Assembly: GCA_036380475.1 (NCBI GenBank)
Contig: DASVEP010000147.1
Location: 10-64,009, forward strand
Reading direction: 5' to 3'
Length of the DNA stretch: 64,000 nt
Source of the DNA: Candidatus Dormiibacterota bacterium
GTDB taxonomy: Bacteria; Chloroflexota; Dormibacteria; Dormibacterales; Dormibacteraceae
Position numbers and translations under genes: made by a program. Positions 10,636-19,745 of the stretch are shown here, piece by piece (within the stretch, counting starts at the first letter, position 1; each line of letters begins with the position of its first letter). The notes beneath the pieces are model-generated. The model worked only from the letters and a program-made list of their open reading frames with translations, searched no databases and was not told the origin of the DNA.

Positions 10636-12906
10636 CTAGACCTCGACTTTCTTGGCTCCCTTCGGGCCTGGACACTTCGGATAGTCGGAGCAGGACTTGA
10701 ACGGGCCGTACCTTCCCCGCCGCTCCACGAGCGGCTTGCCGCAGATCGGGCATGGCTCATCCAGCACCTTGGGGCCCTCGCGCGGCTTGCCGTCCTTGCC
10801 GATGTTGGCCCGGTACTTGCACTCGGGATAACGCGAGCAGGCGACGAACGGTCCGTAGCGGCCTGTGCGCTCGACGAGCTGCCCTTCCCCACACTGCGGG
10901 CACTTTTCGCCGGTCGGCTTGGCCTCGGCCTGAGACGCGTCGCGCTTGATGTACTTGCAATCCGGATACCCAGAGCAGCCGACGAACTCCCCGTACCGGC
11001 CGGTGCGCTGCTGCAGGGGCTTGCCGCAGACAGGGCATGGCTCGTCAAGCAACTTGGGCTCTGGCACCTCGCCGTTGGACGCGCTCGCCCTGCGGTACTT
11101 GCATTTCGGGTAGCGAGAGCATCCCAGGAACGGGCCAAAACGGCTGGCCTTCATGACCAGGTGGCCTTCATTGCACAGCGGGCAGACCTCGTCCGTGTCC
11201 GCCGGCATTGCTTTCTCGGCAGCGACCAGCATCTTCTGCAAGGGCCCGTAGAAATCGCTCACCACCGGCACCCATTCCTGGGTTCCGCGCTCGACCTCGT
11301 CCAGGCGCTTCTCGAGTGACGAGGTGTAGCCGTCGTCGGAGATGACCTTGAAGTGGTCGACCATGATCGAGTTCACCGCTTCGCCAATTCGCGTCGGGTG
11401 CAGGCGGCGCTCCTTGATCTCGACGTAACCGTGGTCCTTGATCGTCTCGACGATCGGCGCGTATGTCGACGGCCGCCCGATGCCGCGCTGTTCCAGCTCT
11501 TTGATCAGCGTCGCTTCCGAGTAGCGCGGAGGCGGCTGGCTGAAGTGCTGCTCGGGCTTGATGCCGTGGTACTGGAGATCCTCGCCCGCCGCCAGCTCCG
11601 GCAGGTCGGTCTCGCCGTTCTCATCGCGCTCCCACACTTTGTAGAAGCCATCGAACGCCAGCACCGAGCCGGTGGCCCTGAAGATGAAGTCCGCACCTTC
11701 AATCTCGACTTGCGTCTGGTCGTACACGGCCGGCGCCATCCGGCTCGCGACGAATCGCCGCCAGATGAGGTCGTAGAGCTTGAACTGGTCTGCGCTCAAG
11801 TGCTTGCGGATCGACTCGGGGGTGCGGCTCACATCGGTCGGGCGGATGGCCTCATGCGCGTCCTGAGCTCCGATGCTCGCTTTCGCGGTTCTCGGGCCGC
11901 CGACGTACTTCTCGCCGAACTGCTCTTTGACCATGGCCTTGACCTTCGCTTCGGCCTCGGCCGAAATTCGCGTCGAGTCCGTACGCATGTAGGTGATCAA
12001 GCCGGTCGAGCCCTCATCGAGGTCGATGCCTTCGTAGAGCTGCTGGGCGATGCGCATGGTGTTTCGTGGCCGGAAGCGCAGACGGCTGGAAGCGTCCTGC
12101 TGAAGGGTGGACGTGATGTAGGGCAGGTAAGAGCTCTTGGTCCGGCGCTTCTTCTCCACGCCGAGGACGCGGTAAGCCGCGCCTTCGAGGGCGGCCACGA
12201 TCGCATCGGCCTCCGCCTGGGTCTTGACCTCGATCTTCGGCTCTGCATCGGCGCTGCCTTCGGCGTTGCGAGGACGGTTGAGTCGAGCCAGGAAGTGGCG
12301 CTCGTCGTTCAGCTTGGAGAGATCGATGTCGACGGTCCAGGACTCGACCGGGACGAACTTTCGGATCTCTTCCTCGCGGTCGACCACCAGTCGCAGGGCA
12401 ACCGACGACACCCGGCCCGCGCCGATGCCCTTCTGGACCTTGCTCCACAAGAACGGGCTCAGGCGGAAACCGACCAGGCGGTCGACGACCCGCCGCGCCT
12501 GCTGCGCGTTGACCAGCCGCATGTCGATCTCGCGCGGCGCCTCGAGCGCCCTGCGGACGGCCTCGGAGGTGATCTCGTGGAACTCGATGCGCTTCGGTGA
12601 CGTCAGCTTCAGCACCTCCGCCAGGTGCCAGGCGATCGCCTCTCCCTCGCGGTCGGGGTCGGAGGCGAGGATCACGTTCCCGCGATCCTTCTTGGTCGCC
12701 GCGCTCAGCTCGTTGATCGTCTTGCGCCTGCTTTCGACCACTTCGTAGTGCGGCTTGAAGCCGGCCTCGACCTCGACCCCCATCTCCTTTCCAGGGAGGT
12801 CACGGACGTGGCCCATCGAGGCCAGGACATCGAACCGGTCTCCCAAAAACCGCTTCAGGGTCCTCGCTTTGGCCGGCGACTCGACGATGATCAAACCTTC
12901 AGACAC
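10636..12906 (-). CDS. topA: DNA topoisomerase I with four C-terminal zinc ribbons
   Basis: LIIVESPAKARTLKRFLG (Toprim), active-site region and 4 CxxC..C..C ribbons. Preferred start is GTG 12906 (AAGGAAG 4-5 nt upstream). The ORF track starts at TTG 12927. Confidence 0.95.
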   Translation of the reverse strand: MSEGLIIVESPAKARTLKRFLGDRFDVLASMGHVRDLPGKEMGVEVEAGFKPHYEVVESRRKTINELSAATKKDRGNVILASDPDREGEAIAWHLAEVLKLTSPKRIEFHEITSEAVRRALEAPREIDMRLVNAQQARRVVDRLVGFRLSPFLWSKVQKGIGAGRVSSVALRLVVDREEEIRKFVPVESWTVDIDLSKLNDERHFLARLNRPRNAEGSADAEPKIEVKTQAEADAIVAALEGAAYRVLGVEKKRRTKSSYLPYITSTLQQDASSRLRFRPRNTMRIAQQLYEGIDLDEGSTGLITYMRTDSTRISAEAEAKVKAMVKEQFGEKYVGGPRTAKASIGAQDAHEAIRPTDVSRTPESIRKHLSADQFKLYDLIWRRFVASRMAPAVYDQTQVEIEGADFIFRATGSVLAFDGFYKVWERDENGETDLPELAAGEDLQYHGIKPEQHFSQPPPRYSEATLIKELEQRGIGRPSTYAPIVETIKDHGYVEIKERRLHPTRIGEAVNSIMVDHFKVISDDGYTSSLEKRLDEVERGTQEWVPVVSDFYGPLQKMLVAAEKAMPADTDEVCPLCNEGHLVMKASRFGPFLGCSRYPKCKYRRASASNGEVPEPKLLDEPCPVCGKPLQQRTGRYGEFVGCSGYPDCKYIKRDASQAEAKPTGEKCPQCGEGQLVERTGRYGPFVACSRYPECKYRANIGKDGKPREGPKVLDEPCPICGKPLVERRGRYGPFKSCSDYPKCPGPKGAKKVEV
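10670..11185 (-). repeat. Four tandem coding repeats (topoisomerase C4 zinc ribbons) inside topA
   Basis: Protein repeats CP(L/V/Q/I)CG..L..R.GRYGPF..CS.YP.CKY occur four times. DNA-level similarity is visible between units 2 and 4, e.g. cttgccgcagatcgggcatggctc vs cttgccgcagacagggcatggctc. Confidence 0.85.
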
Positions 12907-12990
12907 AGCACTTCCTTTATTCCCCAAAGGCCGGGTTTAGTCCCCAGGCGGTCTGAGCGAACACCCCACCGGCTTCTGAGGCGGGCAATC

Positions 12991-13833
12991 CTACGCCCGT
13001 TCTTTGGCCCGGCGCAATGCCTTTACGTAACCCGCCCCGTGACGGCGCACGGCGCCGTCGAGCTCCAGGGAGGTGAGCCTGCCGATCACCTCCGCGACCG
13101 GGAGATGCAGCTTCCGAGCCAGCTCGGCGGCGCTCACGGCAAGCACGTCGGAGAGGTGGACAAGCATGCCGTCTCGCCCGGCCGGGAGCTCGAAACCGAG
13201 CCGGCCGGGGGTGCCCAGAGGGTCGTCCAGGACCTCCCGCCCGACCCCCAGACCGGCCAGCACGTCGCGGGCGTTCTGAACCAGGGCTGCGCCGTCACGG
13301 ATGAGGGCATGTGCGCCCACGGACAGCGGCGAGAAGATGCTGCCCGGCACGGCCATTACCTCTTTATGTAGGTCGAGCGCCGCCTCGGCCGTGATGAGGG
13401 CCCCGGAACCCTGGGCCGCCTCGACGACGACCACCGCGTCAGAGAGCGCGGCGATCGTCACGTTTCGGGCCGGGAAGTTGTGCCGTCGAGGCGACGTTCC
13501 GTCTGGGAACTGGCTCACCAGCGCCCCGCCGCCGGCGAGGATGTCCTCGGCGAGCGCGGCGTTTGCCGCGGGATAGATGACGTCGACTCCCGTGCCCATG
13601 ACCGCGAGGGTGATCCCACCCGCGAGCAACGCGCCACGGTGTGCGGCGGCGTCGCATCCGAGCGCCAGGCCGCTGACGACGACGATCCCGGCACGCGCCA
13701 GGTCTGCCGCCAGCTGTTCGGCGACCGCCTCGCCGTAAGGCGAGGGGCGGCGCGACCCCACGATCGCGACGCGCGGGCCGTCAGGCGGTGGCCAGCGGCC
13801 GCGGGCGTTCAGCGTCGAGAGATCAAGCGGCAA
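12991..13833 (-). CDS. dprA: DNA processing protein DprA (Rossmann-like domain plus C-terminal winged helix; no N-terminal SAM-like domain)
   Basis: VAIVGSRRPSPYG...VVSGLALGCDAAAHRGAL...GTGVDVIYP motifs. TTG start overlaps the comM end by 11 nt. Confidence 0.85.
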   Translation of the reverse strand: MPLDLSTLNARGRWPPPDGPRVAIVGSRRPSPYGEAVAEQLAADLARAGIVVVSGLALGCDAAAHRGALLAGGITLAVMGTGVDVIYPAANAALAEDILAGGGALVSQFPDGTSPRRHNFPARNVTIAALSDAVVVVEAAQGSGALITAEAALDLHKEVMAVPGSIFSPLSVGAHALIRDGAALVQNARDVLAGLGVGREVLDDPLGTPGRLGFELPAGRDGMLVHLSDVLAVSAAELARKLHLPVAEVIGRLTSLELDGAVRRHGAGYVKALRRAKERA

Positions 13834-15334
13834 CGTCGTGCAGCCGATAACCCAGCGCCTCCAGAACGTGACGATCCGCGATCAGCTCGGACCCCTCGAG
13901 ATCCGCCGCCGTCCGCGCGACGCGCCAGGCTCTGTGGAAGCCGCGAGCGGTGAGTCCTTTCTGCTCGGACCAGCGCTCGAGGGTTCGCCGCGAGCCCGAC
14001 TCCAGGGCAGCGAGGTGGCGCAGTCGATTCGGTTTCAGCTGGGCGTTGAGGCACCCCTGGCGGTCGAGCTGGCGCGTCCTTGCGGCCACCACGCGTTCCC
14101 TGACCACCGCCGACGGCTCGCCCCGCGGCTCTGCCACCAGCTCCGCCAGCGGGACCCGGCGCACAGCAACCTGCAGGTCGATGCGGTCCAGCAGCGGGCC
14201 GGAGAGGCGGCGCTGATATCCATCGACCACCGCCGGCGTACACCGGCAGGTGCGGATCGGATCGCCGAGCCATCCACAAGGACACGGATTCGTGGCTCCC
14301 ACGAGCGTGAAGCGTGCGGGGTATGTCACGGAGCCGCCCGACCTCGTGATCGTCACCCGGCCGGTTTCCAGCGGCTGGCGCAACGCCTGGAGCACGGAGC
14401 TCTGAAACTCGGCCAGCTCGTCGAGGAACAGAACACCGTGGTTTGCCCTGCTGATCTCGCCAGGCATCGCGAACCCGCTCCCGCCGCCGATCAGTCCGGC
14501 CATCGACACGCCGTGGTGCGGTGCGCGGAATGGCCGCGTCCAGTCAAGCGGGCGGCCTGGAGGCAGGTCTCCCAGCAGGCTGCGTACCTGCGCAACGTCG
14601 AACGCCTCGCCCACGCTCAGGGGCGGCAGGATGCCAGGCACGCAACGCGCGAGCATGGTCTTCCCGGCACCTGGAGGCCCGCTGAGGAGGAGGTGGTGGC
14701 CGCCGGCCGCGGCGACCTCGATCGCGCGGCGGGCCTCCTCCTGGCCGTGAACCTCGACAAGGTCGTGCTCCCCGCCGCCGCTCGCCGGATCGGCTTCAGC
14801 ATTGGTGAATGGACGGGCCGCAATTTGAACTTCACCCAGAAGGTGCGCGATGAGCGCCGCCAGATCGCTGCATGGAATGACCTCGAGGCCTTCGACCAGC
14901 GCTGCCTCCTCGGCGTCGACGGCCGGTACGAAAAGGCGCTCGAATCCGAGCCTTTTCAGGGAGCGAGCAGCGACCAGAACCCCGTCGACATGCCGGATTC
15001 CGCCATCGAGTGCCAGCTCCCCCAGGAAAGCGCTACGCGGCGGCGCTCGCCTTCCAATCTCTGCGAGCGCGATGGCGACTGCGATCGGGAGGTCGAGGCC
15101 ACTCCCTTCTTTGCGCATCTCGGCCGGTGCGAGGTTGACGGTAAGTCGCTTCCTCGGAAATCCCAGCCCGCTGTTCTTGATCGCCGACCGCACGCGCTCG
15201 CGCGCCTCCTTGACCGAGGTCGCCGCGAGGCCGACCAGGAAGAACTTCGGCTCGCCGTTCGCACTGTCGGCCTGGACCTCGACCCGCCGCGCTTCCAGGC
15301 CAGCGAGCACGCATGAATCGACGGTGGCAAGCAC
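13823..15334 (-). CDS. comM: Mg-chelatase-like AAA+ protein YifB/ComM
   Basis: Lon-protease-like N-domain, Walker A LLSGPPGAGKT, VLFLDELAEF, C-terminal ChlI-type domain. Confidence 0.9.
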   Translation of the reverse strand: MLATVDSCVLAGLEARRVEVQADSANGEPKFFLVGLAATSVKEARERVRSAIKNSGLGFPRKRLTVNLAPAEMRKEGSGLDLPIAVAIALAEIGRRAPPRSAFLGELALDGGIRHVDGVLVAARSLKRLGFERLFVPAVDAEEAALVEGLEVIPCSDLAALIAHLLGEVQIAARPFTNAEADPASGGGEHDLVEVHGQEEARRAIEVAAAGGHHLLLSGPPGAGKTMLARCVPGILPPLSVGEAFDVAQVRSLLGDLPPGRPLDWTRPFRAPHHGVSMAGLIGGGSGFAMPGEISRANHGVLFLDELAEFQSSVLQALRQPLETGRVTITRSGGSVTYPARFTLVGATNPCPCGWLGDPIRTCRCTPAVVDGYQRRLSGPLLDRIDLQVAVRRVPLAELVAEPRGEPSAVVRERVVAARTRQLDRQGCLNAQLKPNRLRHLAALESGSRRTLERWSEQKGLTARGFHRAWRVARTAADLEGSELIADRHVLEALGYRLHDVAA

Positions 15335-15389
15335 AACTCCGACCCTAGATGGGGCCTTGTGGACTGACTACGCCGCCTGTTAACGGGCC

Positions 15390-16226
15390 CTAAGCCAGGC
15401 GCGGCTCCGGACGCCAGCGGCCATCGTCTTCGATGTAGCCGGCCGGCTGGTCCGGCTCGTGGCTCAATACAAGCAGCCAGCGATGCATCTGTGCCTCCTC
15501 GAACAGCCTGGCCTTCTGGTCGAGGACTCGCAGCGGCTCCAGGTCCGCCGACATCGTCCATGGCACACGCAAGTGCGGCGTCTGGCAGACGAGATCACCG
15601 GTAACGGCACAGGCGAGCTCGCCTGAGCGGAGCAGGATGACCTGGCTCCCGGGCGTGTGCCCCCCTACGTGGCGCACGTGCACGCCAGGCAAGACCTCGG
15701 CGTCGCCATCGAGGAACTCGACGAGATTGTTTCCGTCCGCCAAAGGCGTGAAGTCGTCGGCGACATAGCCCGACTGGCTTCGCACATCTGGGTGCAGCGC
15801 GAAATCCCATTCACTGCGCTGGATGAAGTGGCGTGCTTTCGGAAACGTGAGCTCCAGGCAACCGCCCTCAAGCCGCGTGAGGCCGCCGGCGTGATCCCAA
15901 TGCAGGTGGGTCGTGATCACGGCATCGACCTCGTCCGGCCTGATGCCGATCCTTTGCAGCGAGTGGAGCAGTCCCTCCGGCTCGCGCAGAAAGACCTGCC
16001 GGGCGCGCTTCTCACTCAACTTCGTCCCGATTCCGGTCTCGCAAACAACCACCTTCCCGTTGACACGAGCGATCAAGCCGACGCACGAGCAGTCGATCAT
16101 GTTGTTGCCGTCGGCCGGCTTCAGCTTCTCCCACAGGATTTTGGGGACGACGCCAAACATGAGGCCCCCGTCCGCCTTCCAGCGGCCGGCCACGAGGATG
16201 TACAGGTCGAGATCTCCCAGCCTCAT
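15390..16226 (-). CDS. MBL-fold metallo-hydrolase
   Basis: THLHWDHAGG (HxHxDH) motif and downstream His/Asp ligands. Confidence 0.8.
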   Translation of the reverse strand: MRLGDLDLYILVAGRWKADGGLMFGVVPKILWEKLKPADGNNMIDCSCVGLIARVNGKVVVCETGIGTKLSEKRARQVFLREPEGLLHSLQRIGIRPDEVDAVITTHLHWDHAGGLTRLEGGCLELTFPKARHFIQRSEWDFALHPDVRSQSGYVADDFTPLADGNNLVEFLDGDAEVLPGVHVRHVGGHTPGSQVILLRSGELACAVTGDLVCQTPHLRVPWTMSADLEPLRVLDQKARLFEEAQMHRWLLVLSHEPDQPAGYIEDDGRWRPEPRLA

Positions 16227-16248
16227 TGCTCACTAATATGCAGCGGCA
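16227..16248. promoter_or_regulatory. 22-bp divergent spacer with opposed -10-like hexamers (TAATAT 16234-16239 plus strand; CATATT 16240-16235 minus strand)
   Basis: This is the only AT-rich core in the spacer. Hexamers lie 9 and 8 nt from the two ATGs, and neither has an SD. Confidence 0.4.
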
Positions 16249-17169
16249 ATGACGGTTGCGGCGATCCAGACTGCAAGACTGTCCAAGAACTACGGCTTGG
16301 GTCGCGGTTTGTTCGAGCTCGATCTACACGTTCAGGCGCAAGAGATGTTCGGGTTCGTGGGCCCGAACGGAGCCAGCAAGACAACGACGATCCGCTGCTT
16401 GATGGGGCTCGTACGGCCCACCTCAGGTTCTGCGCACGTATTCGGGCTCGACTGCGTTCGCGACTACGTCGCAGTCAGTCAAAAGGTCGGCCATGTCCCC
16501 GGCGACATGGCACAGTTCGGCAGCCTTCGCGGCTCAGAGGTGGTGGCCTACTTTGGGGCGCGGCAGGGTCGTGCCGACTTCCAATACGCACGAAGCATCG
16601 CAGAGAGATTCAACCTCGACCTCAGCCGGCGTTACCGCGAATACTCCACCGGCAACAAGCAGAAGCTGGGCATCGTCCTGGCATTCATGAGCCGCCCGCC
16701 ATTGCTGATTCTCGACGAGCCAACCAGCGGGTTGGATCCTCTCAACCAGCAGACTTTCTACACGCTGCTGGCCGAGGCCCGTCAAGGCGGAGCCACGATC
16801 TTCCTGTCATCGCATGTGCTGGCCGAAGTCGAGCGCACGTGCGACCGCGTCGGCATCATCCGCGCGGGCCATCTGGTCAGGGTGTTCGACCTCGACGAGA
16901 TGCAGCGCATCCGACTGCACCACGTCGAGCTGGAGCTCGGCTCCGATAGCGATCCGCCGATCGACGCGATCCGAGCAGCGGCCGGCGTCGAAGATGTGAA
17001 GGTCAACGGCCGGATCATCACGTGCACCGTGAGCGGCCCTTTCGAGCCGCTGCTCGATGGGCTCAGGGGCGCGAAGGTGATAAGGCTGATCAGCCGAGAA
17101 CCGACCCTCGAGGAGCTGTTCCTCGAGTACTACGGTGAAGCCCCTACCGCCATCACCACCACACGATGA
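16249..17169 (+). CDS. ABC transporter ATP-binding protein
   Basis: Walker A GPNGASKTT, signature YSTGNKQKL, Walker B LLILDEPTSGLD. Confidence 0.9.
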   Translation: MTVAAIQTARLSKNYGLGRGLFELDLHVQAQEMFGFVGPNGASKTTTIRCLMGLVRPTSGSAHVFGLDCVRDYVAVSQKVGHVPGDMAQFGSLRGSEVVAYFGARQGRADFQYARSIAERFNLDLSRRYREYSTGNKQKLGIVLAFMSRPPLLILDEPTSGLDPLNQQTFYTLLAEARQGGATIFLSSHVLAEVERTCDRVGIIRAGHLVRVFDLDEMQRIRLHHVELELGSDSDPPIDAIRAAAGVEDVKVNGRIITCTVSGPFEPLLDGLRGAKVIRLISREPTLEELFLEYYGEAPTAITTTR

Positions 17170-18791
17170 CGACGATGTATGTCCTCGCCCTGCGCCTGGG
17201 TCGGTGGGGCATCGCGGGTTTCGGGGCGATTGCTTTCTTCGTGACGCTCTTGCAGACCGTCGGCTTCTACAAGATTGCAGGCACGACGGAGAGCGAAAGA
17301 CAGGCGTTCGGTCGATCCATGCGCGTTCTCGCCGCCCAGTTCTCGGTGATCATCGCGCCCCCGATGCGGCCCGACACCGTCGGCGGCTACGTTCAGTTCC
17401 GGGCTTTTGGAGCGCTAGCGATCATGTTCGCGATCTGGGCGCTGGCGTCGGCCAGTGGCGCGGTGCGAGGCGATGAGGAGCGCGGCCTCGTTCAGGCTGC
17501 CCTTGGACGTGGAATATCGCGCCCGAGGTTGGTTGCGGCGCGGGTGGCCGCGTTCGCGACGGGCAGCGTTGTCGCGGCCCTCGCGGCCGGCGCAGCTTTT
17601 TTGGTTGGGGTGGCGAGCGGAGGCGAGTCGGTCAGCGCCGCCGCCGCAGTCGAAGCCGCGATCGCGCTGGGGGCTCTAGCCATCTGCTGCTACTCGCTGA
17701 CACTCTTCCTCGCCCAGCTCACAAGCGCTCGCAGCGCGATCGCTTTCGCGGGGGACATCCTGCTCACCCTCTTTCTCATCAACAGCCTCAGCCGAACTTT
17801 TGACTTTCTCGTGCCGTGGCGCTGGCTGTCTCCATTCCACTATTACGAGCTGAGCTCCCCGCTGGTCCCGGGAGGCACTCTCGACGTCAGGGCCACGTTC
17901 ATCCTGCTTGCGGCCGCAATCGCAGCTGCGGCTCTTGCAGCCCAGGCATTCAGGCTGCGGGACGTTGGAGCGGCGCTCGTCAAGCTCCCAACCTGGCGAC
18001 GTCCGCCGAGCTACAGGATGTCCCGGTCGAGCCTATGGCGCGTGCCCATCGTGCGCGACCTGTACGACCGTCGCATCGGACTTCTGGTCTGGACCGCCGG
18101 CGTCTCGGCGCTCGGCGCCGTCTTCGTCGTGCTCACCAAATCGATCGTCAAGCCGCTACTCGCCATCCCCGCGCTGGCGCCCTACTTCTCCGCCTTCGTG
18201 AACGGTGACGTCTTCACGTCGTTCTTTGCGTACATCTGGTTTGGATTCGCGCAGCTCCTGATGGCAGGCTTCGCCATCGCCCAGGTCGCACGCTGGGCAA
18301 CCGAGGACTCTGACGGCCGCCTCGAGCTAATCGTGTCCAACCCCATATCCCGTGTCCGCGTCGTGCTGGAACGGGCGATGGTACTGACCCTCGAGGCGCT
18401 GGTCATCTCTTCTCTCAGCGGTGTCGTCGTGGGCATAGAAGCTCACGCTCAATCGATCGAGCTGGACAGGTGGCGCCTCGCCGAGGCCGCGCTGCTGCTG
18501 GTGCCGTTCACCCTTGTGTTTGGGACGGTGGGCGCGGTCCTCGCATCCAGAATTCCACGCGCGACCGTCGGCCTGCTTGGCGCTTTTGCGATCGCGACGT
18601 ACGTTTTGGTCCAGCTCGGACCCATCTTCAAGCTGCCCACATGGCTGGTGGACGCATCGCCTTTCAAGCTCTACGGCCAACCGTTGAGTGCCGGAGTGGA
18701 CCAAACTGGTCTAGGGGTCATGTTGGGGATCGTGGTCGTCGGAATCGGAGCCTCTGCGCTCGTCATGCAGCGCCGCGACATTGGCGCTTGA
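17166..18791 (+). CDS. ABC-2-type transporter permease (duplicated membrane domain)
   Basis: 541 aa and highly hydrophobic, with about 12 predicted TM segments by eye. ATGA overlap with the upstream ATPase gene. Confidence 0.75.
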   Translation: MTTMYVLALRLGRWGIAGFGAIAFFVTLLQTVGFYKIAGTTESERQAFGRSMRVLAAQFSVIIAPPMRPDTVGGYVQFRAFGALAIMFAIWALASASGAVRGDEERGLVQAALGRGISRPRLVAARVAAFATGSVVAALAAGAAFLVGVASGGESVSAAAAVEAAIALGALAICCYSLTLFLAQLTSARSAIAFAGDILLTLFLINSLSRTFDFLVPWRWLSPFHYYELSSPLVPGGTLDVRATFILLAAAIAAAALAAQAFRLRDVGAALVKLPTWRRPPSYRMSRSSLWRVPIVRDLYDRRIGLLVWTAGVSALGAVFVVLTKSIVKPLLAIPALAPYFSAFVNGDVFTSFFAYIWFGFAQLLMAGFAIAQVARWATEDSDGRLELIVSNPISRVRVVLERAMVLTLEALVISSLSGVVVGIEAHAQSIELDRWRLAEAALLLVPFTLVFGTVGAVLASRIPRATVGLLGAFAIATYVLVQLGPIFKLPTWLVDASPFKLYGQPLSAGVDQTGLGVMLGIVVVGIGASALVMQRRDIGA

Positions 18792-19710
18792 CGAGCGGGC
18801 GGTAGCGTCGCGGCTCCGGGCAGCCGGGGACGCGCTTTATCGTGCAGCCGACGTCGAGGTCGATCATCACGAGGCCGATGTTGCCGGCGCGCGCACACAC
18901 TGGATCACGGCGGGCAACGCCTCATCGCCGCATGTGGTGATGCTTCACGGTGCGGGCGGCTCGGCCGCCCTGTGGTATCCGGTCCTCCAGTCGCTCGCGG
19001 GGAGCCGTCACGTGGTCGCGGTCGACATGCCGGGCCACGGGGAAACCTCGATCCCGCTGTGGGCAAACCCGGGCACCATGGAGCGGATGCTCGAATGGCT
19101 CGCTGAGTTTCTCGACCGCTTCGAATGGCCGCTTCTCGTCGGGCATTCTCTCGGCGGTTACATGGCCCTCCTGCATTTCGCGCGCCGGCGCCCCAACCTC
19201 GCCGGGTTGGTCCTTGTCGATGCGGGAGGGATCGGGCCGAGGCCGCCGGGCTTCGTCATGGCCACGCGGCACCCGGTCCTCGGCGCCCTCCTCGGCCTTG
19301 CCGCCGGCGCCCGCCCGACGCGGCGGCGGTTGGAAAGAACGATTCGCAGGCTCACGGTCGACCCGTACACGATCCCCCACGGCACGCTTGCGTTCGATTA
19401 CGCACTGCAGACCGCGAGCCGGCCCGGCGCGGGCCGCTTCCAGTTCGAGATCTATCGCAGTGTGGCGATCCACCAGGCGGAGCCGGACTACAAGGTCTGG
19501 GGCCGGCTGAACGAGATCGCCTGCCCCACTCTGCTGGTGTGGGGCGAGAAGGACTACTTTCCTCTGCGTTTCGCGAAGCAGGCGGCGGCGGAGATGCCGG
19601 CTGCGGAGCTGCAGGTCCTGCATCGGACCGGTCACCTCTCGTACCTCGAGGACCCTCACGCGTTCAACGAAGCGCTCGACGGCTGGCTCCGAGCCACCTA
19701 CGAAAAGTAG
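18781..19710 (+). CDS. Alpha/beta hydrolase fold protein
   Basis: HVVMLHGAGGS, nucleophile elbow GHSLGG, C-terminal TGHLSYLEDP. Confidence 0.8.
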   Translation: MALDERAVASRLRAAGDALYRAADVEVDHHEADVAGARTHWITAGNASSPHVVMLHGAGGSAALWYPVLQSLAGSRHVVAVDMPGHGETSIPLWANPGTMERMLEWLAEFLDRFEWPLLVGHSLGGYMALLHFARRRPNLAGLVLVDAGGIGPRPPGFVMATRHPVLGALLGLAAGARPTRRRLERTIRRLTVDPYTIPHGTLAFDYALQTASRPGAGRFQFEIYRSVAIHQAEPDYKVWGRLNEIACPTLLVWGEKDYFPLRFAKQAAAEMPAAELQVLHRTGHLSYLEDPHAFNEALDGWLRATYEK

Positions 19711-19731
19711 CCAGTGACGGCAATTAGGAGG

Positions 19732-19737
19732 TAAGAT
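19732..19737 (+). promoter_or_regulatory. -10-like TAAGAT 8 nt upstream of the ku ATG (leaderless-type geometry)
   Basis: Read directly. An AGGAGG at 19726-19731 lies 14 nt from the ATG, which is long for an SD. Confidence 0.35.
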
Positions 19738-19745
19738 TCGTCGCC

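Noticed and set aside
10670-11185. Repeated DNA units that might suggest a tandem repeat or CRISPR-like array.
   Set aside because: The units are in-frame coding repeats (four topoisomerase zinc ribbons) of unequal similarity. There is no repeat-spacer periodicity.
19726-19731. AGGAGG as the Shine-Dalgarno sequence for ku.
   Set aside because: It lies 14 nt from the ATG, which is long for an SD, and a TAAGAT hexamer sits at the leaderless-type distance. This remains ambiguous and it may function if ku is co-transcribed with the upstream hydrolase.
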